63,737 bases of DNA, filler included, from Choristocarpus tenellus KU-1152 (GCA_964200185.2; 10 parts of 10 records of this genome joined end to end with filler, not necessarily neighbours in it), one strand, 5' to 3'. Numbered from the whole stretch's first letter, positions 36,717 to 50,814 are shown. Program-made: numbers and translations. Notes: generated from the sequence alone by a model not told the origin.

Positions 36717-39700
36717 TTTACCATATATTGTATCTTTATAATTATGGGCACAATAGTGTATACAAAATTGATATTTTCCCTTTTCCACACATAAAATGAC
36801 ACCACAATCAACGGAGGCTCCTTCTACAATTGTACAAAATAGTGTTTTTTTGCCCATTCTTGGGCTTCTTAAATACAGCCCTGCCAACCTCTTAGTTAGT
36901 TGGACTCAAAACAAGTGATCATCCCTGCCCAGTTGTTGACATGTCCTCATAATAAACGCCTATTCAAAAATCAGATGTGGAGAGGGGCCATCTGATAAAT
37001 CTGTCAATGGTGTGACTAACACCATGGGTATGGAGTCTGGTCTACTGTTGAGTCAATATGTTGTGCTTGACCAACAGGAATATGTAGTGTTAGTGTGGTG
37101 GATTGAGGAAGCGGCCAAACATCAAGATGTCTCCTATTTCAAGAACTACTTCAAGATCTTAGGCACAAAGAAAGAAAGTATAGTACCATGGGACTGACCT
37201 TCTCAATCCAAAGCTTGGGTATCTGCCAAAGTGTGTGTGCAAGGAAAATATAGAAGATACTGCAGAGAGGCTGAGATGCTCTCTGCCAGCAAATTCTCCA
37301 GCTAAAAGTGCAGCAGTAGAAGGAGCGCAGTTCTCAACCAACAACAGCAACATTAGTGAGAGGTCAAGTTGAAAATCACAAAATGGTCCGTATTATTCCA
37401 CCTTAAATTCCTTGCTGAATGGATCATCCAACTTTTGGGCAAATGTTCTCCTTCACCTCCATCTAAAGAAACAAGAGATGTCTGTCAAAAAAACTGTTAG
37501 ATGTATCAGAGATACATACAGGTAATAAGGACATGTGCAGATCTTATAGTCCACTCCAATGTTTTTGCTTGCTGGGGGAAAATCAGATTACTTTCACCTT
37601 GACAAAGCAAAAAAGTACAACTACTGAATATGTGTTATTTATTACAGTGTACTTGACTGACACTCTAAATATGTGCAAAAATATCTAATTTACAATTTGA
37701 CATCTTGCACTACCCACACTACATGAGGCAAACACATGTAATCTAAGCAAGTTGTACTCACGGAGCATCCCATCACAAAATGTTCAAATGGGGATGGGCC
37801 ACAACCTGGTCCAGCTCTGTTAACACTGTTAAAGAATGTGGAGAATCCCAAGCCTTGATATTGAAATATGTAAATTAATTCCTTCTCATTTATGTTGTAG
37901 GAGGTAGAAAGTTGGAGCGAGATATATCGTTCAAGAAGGGGGGTGATAAACCTTTCACTCATCGCTCATCACTAATAACTTGTCACTCAGTGCTACTTGC
38001 TCTGTTAATTTACAACATTCCTTTTCTAGGATTCTTCTTGTTGTACTATAATAACCTGGACAATATTGTCGTTGTATCAAATGAAAGGGCTGGTCTTGTA
38101 TTCATCAGTACTTTCCTCGTTGTACAATGAGGTCCCTTTTCTGGTCTCAAACTTTCAATTCCCACCAACAAATTGAAGTATTTCCAGTCCTGGACATGTG
38201 GGCTCACCTACACTGTATGTCACTTTGTCGTACACATGGAATCAGTTGATGGGGGAGCCCCACCAGCTGGCACACCCTTAGATTGGTGATTTCATCAGCC
38301 TTTGCCTCTCCTTCCTCCCTACACGCTATCCACCCCCTTAAATATCTTCGTGACAATGTGAGACACAAATTCAGATAGCACTACACTTGTTTACTGGAAT
38401 GTTCTAGATCAACTAGGTTAGTACTGCGCACGGCAACTGCAACCACTTGAAGCCCTTTGACTGCCTCTATGGTCACATTTTTTATGTCTTGATATCCTCT
38501 CCATTGCCAAATCTGTTGTTAGAGTTATACAGCATTCCCCTGCAGTACTGAAGCCCCTTCCTCTTGCCCTCAAGGCAATCTGCAAATAGATATTTAGATC
38601 AAACTAAGAGTGGAACCAGCCAAGGCCTATAATATATTTGGTGGACCAAGATTCGGATTGGTGACAACTTAAAATGGCTGAAGGTTTCGGTTCTCTTTCC
38701 CCTAAAATAGGCTCTACAGGTTGACCTGAAATTGATAAGAGTGGCAGTTGGTCAGTTGACATGTGCCTACCACAAATGGACTAAAGAGGATTCACGTATG
38801 GAATTGCCGTGGCCAAGATAATATTTCCGAACGAAATTCATGTGCTGGACGAAAAGGGGTATACACAACCTGGAGAGGTAGGGTGTCCAATGGTTCAATT
38901 GTTGCTAGAGGGAACTGAAGTTTCACTAAGAGACATCATATGTCTGTGGTTGAGGGGCAGTGCCTCAGTATCTCACCACACATTTTTTTGGTGAAAAGAT
39001 ATCGATCATAAGTGCTTTTTTGGTTGGATCAGCTTCATACATTTTACTTGCCCTGGTGCAAACCTAGCCAATGCGCCTAAGTCACGAGATTCACACGCTC
39101 AGGTAATAGAGACCCTTCCATGTGTGAGCTATGAAGCAGCAACTATTGGATTACAAGGGGGAATACCCTCATCCAGGAAACACCTGCACCTCTCCAAACG
39201 TTACGACCCTGTGCTCTCCAACACGTTTGGGGAATAGCAATTATCCCTCCAGCCCACATAAGGGTACCAGCATAGACATTCCTAGAAACGATTGGTCACT
39301 CAAAAAAGTCATTGGTAACTAACCACCTCTTTAAATCTGCAGAACATAAAACGTCTGTTCGTGGCATGGCAATTCCTTCAACCTGCAATGGAAACTCTCA
39401 GGCCTATGTCACAAAGTCCACGGTGTCTGATAGAGCTAATACTCCGAACATTCCATCCAACTCTGACGATCACTTCCTGATTTTACAAGCAGGCCTCCTT
39501 ACATCATGTCGAATATTCAAGATTTTTCCCCATGATGAACGAAAGAGACCTATGCTGCGAATACAAATCTAGGGATCAATACCCTCAATTCTCAACCTCA
39601 CTTCCGGACCTCGCGAGTAACCACAAAAGCCTGTTTCGCACCTCAGCGAGTACTTTGAGATCTGCCACATTGCAAGCAAGCGACCGCCTCCCATAGGCTT

Positions 39701-40199
39701 CTTGATGAGGCAATTCTAGTGCTTTATCGGCAGACGGTGATGTAGTGTGGTGTGTCGTACATGGCATTGCGTCAAGAGTTCTTTCCGCTTGCAAAACGCT
39801 ATTAGCAACCGTTGAGGAAACAAACGCGTGCCTTTTTGAGGATAACGCTGGACATCTCACATGAAGATGCCTTCCATCCATCCTTCTCTCCCCGGTATCC
39901 CCTCCTTCACCCTTCTTTTTTAAGAGTAGGTTAAAAAACACCGATTTTGTAGTTCATAAGTTAATGGAGGCTGTTCCCTCCATAGATTTTAGGAGTTTAA
40001 TCATTTTGGCTCAGGTGTTTCTTGTCAGTCCGAACTCTGTCATCGGAGTACCAGGGTTCGAACCCCATTACATTTCATTCTAGGAAAATTGACTTTGATG
40101 AAGGATGTGGCAAGTAGATTGGGAAGGTACACCTGTAACTTACTACAATGTATCTTACACTATTCCACATTAAGGGAAATCTCGAAAGATCTGGATGGT

Positions 40200-40560
40200 G
40201 TTGGCGAAGATTACTTACAGAGTTGGGATTGTGGTCGTAGTTTTGACCTAACGCCCAGATCTGCAATATATTTGTGAGCTTATTGGGAGGGTGAAGGCAC
40301 ATGGTATCTGTTTTCAACTCTGACATGGTCAGACCGAATAGTCTATTTTTAAACGCCACCATCACAACCACTATCATCCTGGCGAAACATCCTTGGGTCT
40401 TAGGCACAATGGGCAAGTCATCAGCGTATATCATAGCGTATCCCACAACAGAATGCTCATCAAGTGTTATCCTTCCACTCACCTTTATCCTTCTCCTCTG
40501 ACTGTTTGTGACCACCCTCTTGATGGCGACAAGGCTCTTGGAGGTAGTCCCAACATCCTC
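40200..40560 (-). mobile_element. Non-LTR retrotransposon (RTE-like LINE) reverse transcriptase fragment
   Basis: AMIYADDLPIVPKTQGCFARMIVV...FGLTMSELKTDTMCL: YADD catalytic motif and the downstream FGL.IS..KTE motif. Confidence 0.85.
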
Positions 40561-40773
40561 AGACTTGATTAAACTGATTTTTAATCGAATGGAACTGATT
40601 TAATTGCTACGATTCACAGCACTACACTACACAATGTAATATTAATACGCTATTATTACTATTGTTTACCATACTGGAGAACATACTCCATGGATGGGAA
40701 TAATGTGGTTTCTGCCCCAACACTCCAAAATGGGCATGTATACCTTGTTTGCCCTCCAAGGTCTTAGCCAGCA

Positions 40774-40953
40774 GGCTCAAAGTATCTGGGGGGGGTAGCG
40801 GCTGTCCATTTGGGACCCATTTTTCTATGTTACTATTTTTTGGAGATTTGGTTGCATACGTTAGATGGATAATGTAAGTTTGCTTCTCCTGTTTAGGGCC
40901 CAAATGGACACACTGGTGTAGGCCTCCCCCCCCCCCCCCAGATACTTTAAGCC
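40774..40953. mobile_element. MITE family C, full copy
   Basis: TIRs GGCTCAAAGTATCTGGGGG / CCCCCAGATACTTTAAGCC; colinear with 58884-59064. Confidence 0.88.
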
Positions 40954-41095
40954 TCAACTCATCATNNNNNNNNNNNNNNNNNNNNNNNNNNNNNNNNNNN
41001 NNNNNNNNNTTAATTAATTAANNNNNNNNNNNNNNNNNNNNNNNNNNNNNNNNNNNNNNNNNNNNCTTTCTTTTTTTTCACGTTCAGCAAAGGGG

Positions 41096-41168
41096 GTCGT
41101 GTGAGGCTTCACACTCTCTTATCTTCACTACTGAGAAATAGCATTACCTCCTTAGGTAATTTGCACAC
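41096..41168 (+). repeat. Dispersed ~73-nt double-hairpin repeat, copy 1
   Basis: Near-identical to 50725-50797; stems gtgtga/tcacac and attacc/ggtaat. Confidence 0.85.
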
Positions 41169-41349
41169 CCAGAACTGTATTTCTTCGACTCATAATCCCA
41201 ACTCCAATCGAGCCTGCAATTTGAACAGCACATGTGTTTCGTGTTGCAACACGCTAATACCTGATACTCAAATTGAATTGTGTGTAGGGCATGACATCCA
41301 TCCAACGTATGCACTAAAGACATACATGAAACAACACATGCGTGTCCAG

Positions 41350-42667
41350 GTTATGGAGAGATATGGAGGTTTTCCTGGGTGTTTTTCATATTTCTTGGAG
41401 GAAGCTGGAGAACTACTTTGCAACAATAGCATTCGGTCCGAAAACAATAATATCGTTGAGTGTGCCAGGGTCGAAAAGTGTCACTGCTGGTGATCTGGAT
41501 GGAGATGATGACCTGGATGTAATAGCCTTGGGTCAAGAATGACAGCGTGCAGTATGGTACGAGAATTTAACGGTGGTGGCACCTTCACGAGCGGTACGGA
41601 GTTCTCTTTTGGTGCTAGCGCAGAGGATGTAGCTGTTGCTGATGTCGACGGCGATGGGGACATGGATGTGATCGTGGGTGGAAATATCGTAGGTGGTATC
41701 CCTGACGGATATATTACCGTTTTCAAGAACATGGATGGGCTTGGTAGTTTTGACACAGGTGTGAATATCACCACGCCATATTTAAGCTTTGCGAATGACA
41801 ATTGTGTACATGATTTTGATGTGGACGGTGATGTGGACTTGCTGGTTGCGGATGCTTCAGTGCTGCGTTTCTTTTAGAATGACGGTACTGGGACTTTCAG
41901 TCCAGCCGTCAGTGTGGCCCCTGGCCTCAATATCTGGCACTGTGACATTGGTGATATTAATGGTGATGGGGAAATAGATATTATGTACCCCGACAGTTCT
42001 GATGGCGCTCACCTTGTGTGGTTGACTGGTGATGGAACTGGGAGTATTACGAAACCTATCTACCTAGCATTTTCTGAGATTACCCTCAGTGGATTCACAG
42101 CGTTGGTGATATTGATGGTGATGATGACTTGGACGTGGTGGTGGGTACATATGCCTTTGAGGTTGATGGTTGGATTGCCTGGTTTGAAAACATTGCTGGT
42201 GATGGGTCATCTTTGGGTTGGAACCAACATCACCGTGTCATCAGAAGCGAGTTTCTTTGACCCGATTCTTGCGGATCTTGACAACGATGGCGATTCGGAC
42301 ATTTTGTTGAACAGAGTCGGATTAGATACAACTGAGATGTATGAGAAATTGGATGGGAAGGGAACGTTCTCCACAGGCAGTTCCATTTCGTCTGTTAGGG
42401 TGGATGCTCCTTGGGGCCTATATGCTGGAGACGTTGATGGAGATACTGATTTGGATCTTTTGGTATCATCATTTAATGAAGGTGATGTAGTTTGGGCTGA
42501 GAATCTCCTCAACTCAATAACTCCAGCCCCATCACAACGCACATCCTCAATTGCAACACCATCTCCGAGTGTGAGCATCACACCGAACCCCACCCCCAGG
42601 CCAATAACACCCCCCGTGAATGACATCACACCAAGCCCCACCCCCACGCCAATGACAGCTCCTCGAG
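41350..42667 (+). pseudogene. FG-GAP/VCBS-type repeat protein (7 DxDGDGDxD Ca-binding loops + P/T-rich stalk), disrupted
   Basis: Loops DLDGDDDLD, DVDGDGDMD, DFDVDGDVD, DINGDGEID, DIDGDDDLD, DLDNDGDSD and DVDGDTDLD lie in different frames. In-frame TAG at 41875-41877; frameshifts near 41550, 42100 and 42215; TPSPTPTP stalk; donor GTGAGG at 42668. Confidence 0.85.
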
Positions 42668-44890
42668 GTGAGGACTACTACTCAATTTATTAATTGCACA
42701 GCTGGAATGGAGTGGTTCTATCCCTCCTTCTCACTTTATTCCATAATGTGAAACAAAGCAATAAGAAAGAGTCCTTGCTTTCATGTTCCCATGATCTCAT
42801 GCTTGATCCTGTCTTAAGTGTACGTATGTATTTGAATGCAGGTTTATTGGATATGAGTCTATATGTTTCACGTTGCATGGGTGTAATGCCCTGTTCAGAT
42901 ATCATACGCATGTTTATATCATTATGATGCCCTTGTGTCTCAACTTGAGCCATTATGCAGGTACTGTGGTGCTCAATGCAAATCTTCCACCATAAAGTAT
43001 CACCCAGATCTCTTCCGCCTGAACTTGTTCTGTTGTACGACTCCCACACACCCGGTGTATCAAAAGGTCAAACTTCAAGTCAAGGTGTAGACGAAACCGT
43101 TTTTATTCTGAGTGCAGCCATTTGGGTATGTGGCATTGGGCGTTATTGGAGTCAAAGCATTTTGTGCTTCACAGATGGCAGGAGAAGAATCGAAGGACTT
43201 CTGAAGCTGCCGCTGCTGGAGCAGGATCAGGTGTTCCATGATAATCTATGCATTGGAAACTCCTTACTCTCAACCCTGGTCTGAACAACAAGCATCATAC
43301 ATGATTCTGAAGTATACAAACGCCTTGGACCCTTGTTGATTTAGATTCGAAATAAGCAGCGTTCACTTGACCTGGCATGCGGTTGCACTGACATATCTCC
43401 TGGACTCCAATCCTTCTTGTGCTTGACAAAAAAAAGTTATGTTATATAATAGGAAAGTTGTAGTTCTCCTTGAGGATGACTAACTAATCCCCCCCAATAC
43501 TGAATAGTCCAACTAGTACTGAAGCCCTGACCACTCTCTCGCTGCCATCTTGTCCCCTCCCTCTCTGGCTCCGACCTTTTATACCTATGCCCACAACAGG
43601 AGGAGGTGGAGGTAACCCCGGTGCACCTCCATCTTACGAGAAATCTGTTGGGGCAATGAATGGTAAAAGTGCTTAGGCAGCTCGGCAACTAGAATTTGCC
43701 ATCATGCAGTGACATTTTGCCCCTTCGTCTTTTAAGTGATGTATGAGGTTTGCTAGTTTTATAGTTGGGGAAATGATAACTGAACTCTCTACATTTGTGG
43801 AGCATTTTTTGAGGGGTGGTTTGTGATCATGTCACATTTTTTTTACTTTATGCCCTTGGTGTTGAGATTCGTTTACAGGGAAAGCTGAACATTGGAATGT
43901 CAGCACTATTGACTGACGAATATTTATCATATACTTCAAGTGTTTAGAAGTACAGACTTTGACTTTTTCAGGATCGGAGTATTATGAGTGTACCATAGCA
44001 TTTCACTAGTTTTGTCCGTGCAACCTATCCAAGTTTTAGTGTCCGAAGTCTTGCAACCCTACACAGTCCATACAACCTTAGTATGATCAGTAACATCTTT
44101 AGACAAATTACTTCCTTGGTTAAGGCGTCGATGGTTAGACTAGCAAAAGCATGTCCCTCCAGTGTATAGTCTCCTTATTTTGTGCATTGTATAAACAAAT
44201 AATTAGATTTAGATCAAAATCAGTGCTGCCTCTACTGAATTAGATATCAGTCTTATTGCAAAATATAGCATGTTTTGCTACAGAAAGAGTTATTGTACCA
44301 TTGAGGGTGTTCGTTTAGCTGCTGGCCTTTACTGAATTGCTTTTAGAAGAGCAGAATCAATCTTTTTTGTAGGGCACTCTGAACACAAAACGAAGTGCCA
44401 TAGGGTCTTGGAGGGGGTGTATGTTTAGGTCAGACTATCATTCGGGGCTTGATGGGGTGTTGTAAGATACCCCAGTTTGATCCCCGTTTTGAGTGAGTTT
44501 CCTTCGGATGTGGTTCAGGCAAGGGGATACAGAAGAGGAGTGTGCATTGTTCAGGTGAAGAAATTGCCCTGTCATCTGACATGTTTACTCACATTATACG
44601 AAAATCACTGCAGGTTAACACAGGCCCCGAATGGATGCCTGACCTGTCCTCTAGGATACTACGAGTCAAACAATCTGATATATATTCGGGATCCCAGAGG
44701 ACTCTTCTTTGTAGGCTGTGGCCATCTCTTCTTAGTTCCATGTCTACACCTATGAGCCAATGGCACTCTGTATGAAGAGGCTTGTCACCTTACCTGAGAA
44801 GGGTTTCGAAGGATGGTTTAAAACATCGAACTTTGGACCCTGAACGGACTTGGCTCTACACTCTTAAATGCTTTTGACTCTCTCGGTTAC

Positions 44891-45147
44891 GAGTGAAAGT
44901 ATTTTAGAGGGTATGATTTCTGCCCTGTTTGTCCATTTGGGGCTTGACTTCCCACGGGCTTTTAACGAGATTTTACCTACTCCAAGATGTTGGAGTAGGT
45001 AAAATGTTTACATTATGAGAAGGTGTGTGCGGAAGAAGGATGTTGACATCTCCTAACAAACATGATAGCCAAAATTACATCAAAATTGCAACATTGGATT
45101 TTGGCCCCCAAATGGACGCGGCTCTACCCTCTAAGATACTTTGACTC
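44891..45147. mobile_element. MITE family B, full copy (reverse orientation), TSD TTAC
   Basis: TIRs GAGTGAAAGTATTTTAGAGGGTA / TACCCTCTAAGATACTTTGACTC; TTAC on both flanks. Confidence 0.9.
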
Positions 45148-45656
45148 TTACATATTACCGTTTTTCATATCGTATTCTGCACACTGAGTGTAAATAAAAG
45201 AACAAAGATGTGTCTGTGTTTGTATGGTATCCACAGGACAAAACTAAGGACATCAACGTACTAGTTAGTAGCTTCACTGCCCCAGCTCTTGCGGCTGCTC
45301 TGAGGGACCGCGAAAATACCCTTCACACCTGCGCCTAACCCTAACTCTAACCTCCTGGACCAGGTTTGCAAGACCTAGAAGGCGTTTTGGGGGCTCTGGT
45401 GGGAATAAGGGAAATGAATAGATGCAAGGCAGTTTCAGAGGGATAGAGAAGATATATCCTTCTAGAGTGGCGAATAAGAGCTCTAGAAGTGATGGGGATT
45501 GTTTAGTGAAAAGAGGAGGGGGAAGGACTGTTCATGTGGAGAAATGTAAGAGGTGTGAGCATTTTGAGCTAGTGCACGAGGGGTTGTGTTGTACTTGAGT
45601 AGCGCTCGGATTGCTAGGTAATTGGAGCAATTTTGGTTGTTCCATTAGCCAGTGCG

Positions 45657-46451
45657 ATGTATGATGTCATCAGTGAGGTATATTTAGGTGTTTTACATAG
45701 CTTGTAACGGTGCCGTTAAATCAGCAACGCTGAAGTACTGTGTGATGCTCAAGTATGACTGACTATCAAGTAACTGTATGAACAACTTGGCGAGGGAGGT
45801 AGGCGCTGGAGAGGGAAGGAGTTGCTCGGCAATACTGCTCAATGTGAAACGCTCTTTGCTTCTGATTTTGCTACCTTTGATGGGTCTGCCCTCGGATTGT
45901 ATGCAGATGGCGTAGAAACTGTCACCGATAGAATTTTACTCCACTCTCTGATGTCTGTTGTCTTGGTGTGTAAGGTAGAGCACTTGTCAGTCACCTCTGC
46001 ATCTGCTCTGCTGCAGCTCCCATCTCTGCTGCCTCGTGAAAAATGTTTTTTTTCTTCAAATATATTCTAACAGCAAAACCTTTGCGCATTACTGTCATTG
46101 CTAATTATTATGCTCATTACTATTATTATTACGCTCACTATTGTTATTGTTTATTATTTTTTGCTCCTGTGGACGCTGCCCTTGTTGGGTCACATAGGTG
46201 GTAGTTCTGCTAACACTCGTATTATGGACATTGTGCTCCGCCCTACCCTCACGCATCGACGTGGCCCAGGGCAACCTGCAAGGCCTACAGCAGGCCCTGA
46301 AGCCTTTCACAGAACGAAACGTAGCCAAGAGTCGCCTGGCATACAGGCGACTGGAGGTGACCCCCAAGGGATTCACCAAGGACCACATGTTCACACTTAA
46401 GAAGGTCCTGACCAGGTTGCCTCGACACATCACATCACTCAGGGAACACAG
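45657..46451 (+). CDS. 5' exons of a hypothetical secretory-pathway protein
   Basis: Exon 45657-45677 (MYDVISE, GTATAT donor) plus exon 46198-46451 (VVVLLTLVLWTLCSA-LPSRIDVAQGNLQG...; cacatag acceptor, AG|GTATGG donor); signal-peptide-like start. Confidence 0.6.
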
Positions 46452-49400
46452 GTATGGCGGGTCTCGATGTAGATTGTTCAATGGTATGTGATGGTGATGA
46501 ATCTTCTAAGGAAGACAGAGATTCTTAATGGTCTGGTCGGTTCCTCTCGGTATATATATTTTTGTCTTGCATGCGTGACTCAAGGTCTCTCTGTAGCTGT
46601 GAATCAATCGCATGTCTACGTCTTGATATAAAAAAGCGCCGGGGGGAGGGGAGGGGAGGGGAGGGGTGGGGGGGGAGGGGGGGCGATGCATGTAGTCGGC
46701 GTGGTCAGAATGAATAGTAAAGTGTCTATTTCTGATATNNNNNNNNNNNNNNNNNNNNNNNNNNNNNNNNNNNNNNNNNNNNTTAATTAATTAANNNNNN
46801 NNNNNNNNNNNNNNNNNNNNNNNNNNNNNNNNNNNNNNGGGGGGGGGCATACATGTTTAGAGTTTTTGAGGGGGGATGTTGAGCTGAAGGGGGATAAAAA
46901 AATAGATCAAAGCACTTTTTAAAAAAATAATTGTAGAATCAGGGTTATAAATAGAGGATGTGAGTGGCAATATTAATAGTAAGTGAGAAGGTTTAATGTC
47001 AGTGGCCTGGAGTCGTGTTAAGATTCCTTGTAAGTATGCCGTTGAAGGGTTAGGGTATTCTGTGTAACAGCTTTTTATGAGACGTTTACACCGATAGAAA
47101 TTATTGTGGATAAATGGGGATGCAGTAGCTGCTGTACAACAATACCATGTCAGTTGTGGAGCGGTGGCGCATTTAGATGCAGATTGGCTCAGGTTGGGCA
47201 CGTTCCAACACTTTCAAATTGTTGGTTGGCATGCAGCAATAGATACAGTGGGCGAAGACTCCTGCTGTGCTTTACGTGATGATGGTCAAGGTGGGAAATG
47301 GCCTTGCTTGGTGTGCTACAGGATTGTTAAATCGCTCAATGGTGGAATGTGATGTGCTTTGAATAATCCCTTCCCAAACATTGACTCTGTCTGACCCATC
47401 GAGGCAGTACCTGGTGATACATAAGTGGTAACCTCTCTCCCGTGTTGACTTTAGTCAGGTGTGAAAAAATGAGGGTACACCCAATACCTTACAAAGAGTA
47501 ACATTGTCTCTGCTGTTCCTCATTAACTGTTAGCACCAAGTCTCAGTGACATTTTTTTGTATTCTTAGTGCTCCTGTTTGAATGAAAAAGGGAACTGTGA
47601 AGACCGGAAAAATTGGAAAAAAATATATAATATATATAGATTTTTATTATTATTAGGATTGTTGCCGACAACTGTGTTTCAACTTAACACCCTGAGTGTT
47701 TTGGGTTATAACACTCAAAGAAGTACAGGAAATAAAATGTGATAATTAACCAACAACCAACTGGCTGGCTCCCACTTTCTACTGCTGCAACGCTTTTGCC
47801 ATCCCTTTTTGCAGATACTACATGCCAGTCACTGAGTGACCAGATGGAAGGTGAAGAGATTATTCTCTTTGCAAGAAAGCATATTAGTGTATTAAGCAAA
47901 CATCTTAGTGAGACATCCTGTTCAGAGTGAGCGATCTACTCCACAATATTTGGTGGTGCCAAGCTGTCTTGAATCTGGAAATGGACTCTTATTTGAGGAC
48001 ACAGTAGTAGTGATGTCAACATGGAAGGCGTACAGGATATTATAAGAATAGGAACATTTTTGCCAATAGGGTGACTTCTACATCATGCTGAGTTAATAGG
48101 ATTATTTGGCCTGGTTGTATTGTCCCCTCGCCTTAACCCCAGCAATCATTAATATCATTGCTATCATCGATGGGGTTTGGGTATAAAATGTGACACTAAC
48201 AAATCTTAGCATCTTACAAGTACTGAAGCAATTTCGTTGTTCCTATTTTATCAACCATGTATTCCTTTATTATTGTTTCTTTTTTTAAGACTTGTCATCT
48301 CTTTTTGGGGGGGGGGCGAGGGAGAGGTAGTTGTTGGAGTGTGTTGTGAGTCGCCATGATTCAACCAGATCGTGTTTTTTTTTAATACTTGAGGTCGTAG
48401 TCAAATCCTTTCAATTTTCTCTTCTTTTTTTTCCATGCCTATGTATGCCACATGATGTGCTCTTCGCTTCGTCCTCGTAGTCAGTGTTTCCTCTCAGACA
48501 CCTCATGGTGATCATAACTTCTCATTGGCTAATGCACACTCCCCTACAATTAGGTTTTGTACATAGTATATGGGAAAAACTAATATTTGAGACAGTTTTG
48601 TTTTTAGTCCATCCTTTGATCCATGGCACTGGTGCAGTAGTATTACCATGGATCATTGCCAGAGATGTCAGGTGTCTGCTTGCTCGACTTTTTTATCGAC
48701 TCCTTGCTGGACAGGAAAGGGCACAGTGATAGACCCAGCATTCTAGGAACGCATACGTATGTATGTATTATGTATGTATGTATGTGTCTGTTTGTGTGGG
48801 ATGGAAAGCCATGTATATTTACAGAACTTTGAATTGACACGCTTCATAAGGTGACACATCAACACCAAGCAAGGCCAAGAGAGGTCAACATCAAGTGGAA
48901 AGATCCGAGTTGGCAAAAGAGCCAATCAGTACATATCGTCAGTTGATGTCATCATTGGTGTGAATCAGGGTGGATTGAGCTCAAGACAAAATGGTAACAA
49001 GGATACTGAATGAAGCTTTTTAAATCTCCGGGGTGATGATTTTGAGGACGAATCAAGAGATTCCTGCCAACCAGAAATTGGATATTCAGTGTATCAGTAC
49101 GATGTTAAATGTAAAGTAGTGCCAGCATATGTACGTACCGATGGCGGTATGTACTCTCTTATGTATCTACCTTCATCCGTTTCTGTCATAGTGGTCATAC
49201 CGTTACACCAACGCTGGGAATTTTGTATTTGGTACCCTAATGGTCACAGATTTTCTGGTGTTGGTGGTCAGATTGATGCTAGCAACATTGGAAGGCGAGT
49301 CTAAACCCCCTGCAACATGCAGTTGCTTCAGGTTCAAAAACAGTTTAAACTGTGGCATCTTTGACAGTTGGGGTTAGGGTTAGGGTTAGCATCTCAAAGT

Positions 49401-50724
49401 CTATGCTGTTAGGCGTATCTGTCCCCAGAGTGTTGGGTTTCAAGAAGGGCTTTTATCAACAACTTGAGCACACCTCTCATGTCACCAGCCGTAGTTGGGC
49501 TTGATACTTGGAAAAAAAAAAAGCTGGGTCAATTAACCTTTTGATGTGTGCAGGGGTTCAGCCTCAAAAAAACAAAACATATATTTTTTGTGGGATTGGA
49601 CGCTAAAATAGGAGGTGCAATATTGGCGATGACCACTGTGAAAGAAGAGTTGATAGGGGGGTAGGTACAATGATTTGCCTTGTGTTGCCGCTGAGCAGAC
49701 TGCAACAATACTCCCCATAATGATAAAAGTAAAAAAAAGGGGGGGAGGGTGGGGGGGGGGGGTGATTCATTCGTTATTCAATATTTTCTGCATTTCAAAT
49801 CTATGTAAAAAGAGATGAGGCTCATTGTCATATTGTATTGAATTGTCAAGTTTTTATATACTTGTATGTGCTGCAGGAGTGTGCATACAAAATGCTCTAT
49901 GCATGTGCAGTTTATTCTGAAGTACTGGACGCCTTCCATAGTATTAGAAAACTTGGTGCTTTTCTAGGCAGTTCACGCACGCACTGGTAGCACAGTGTAA
50001 GCACTAGAGGTCACATGTGCAAGTGGCATGCCACACAGGTTGGTCAAATCATGCTTCTTGATGACCTAAATATGTGTATGTTTGAGATAGATACGATACC
50101 ACCTATTTCAAAAGGTTTATGGATAGGTACTAAGGGTAACCTCGCATATCTATGATCTTTTTTTGAGCACTCTAACTATAGAATGCATCACCATACACCT
50201 GGCAATACACAGAGCACAGGATTAACACACAAACATGCACTGTACCATTCCACAGACCCCAAAAAAATCATCACACAGAAGTGTGTACCCTCATGGCCCC
50301 ACTCACAATGAATGAACAGGAAAAAAATGTTGACGGCACAGGGGTTTCTGGCGTCTCAAGATGTTGCAAATAGTAAATTGTGTTTAAGATGTCAGATTAA
50401 ATCACATTCTTGCACACTCAATAATATATGCAGTGCCTTCCTTGTCTATGGACAACCAACATATCCAGATAAATACCGTTTTTGGTGCCTCACGAAAACA
50501 GATATTTTCAAAAGAAATCAGAAATCATGAAAGAGATCCAAGTGGGTTCTGATGGTGAGAGGGGGGGAGGGGGATGGGGGGGGGGAATGAAAGATCCTGA
50601 CCTCCTACCAATGTCACATGCCTGNNNNNNNNNNNNNNNNNNNNNNNNNNNNNNNNNNNNNNNNNNNNTTAATTAATTAANNNNNNNNNNNNNNNNNNNN
50701 NNNNNNNNNNNNNNNNNNNNNNNN

Positions 50725-50797
50725 GTCGTGTGAGGCTTCACACCTTCTTATCTTCACTACTAACAAATAGCATTACCTCCCAAGGTAATTTGCACAC
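50725..50797 (+). repeat. Dispersed double-hairpin repeat, copy 2
   Basis: See 41096-41168. Confidence 0.85.
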
Positions 50798-50814
50798 AAT
50801 CAACAGTCAGTTTT

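Noticed and set aside
38809-38994. HVLDEKGY as a Harbinger/ISL2EU DDE motif
   Set aside because: A single weak word with no other catalytic motifs nearby.
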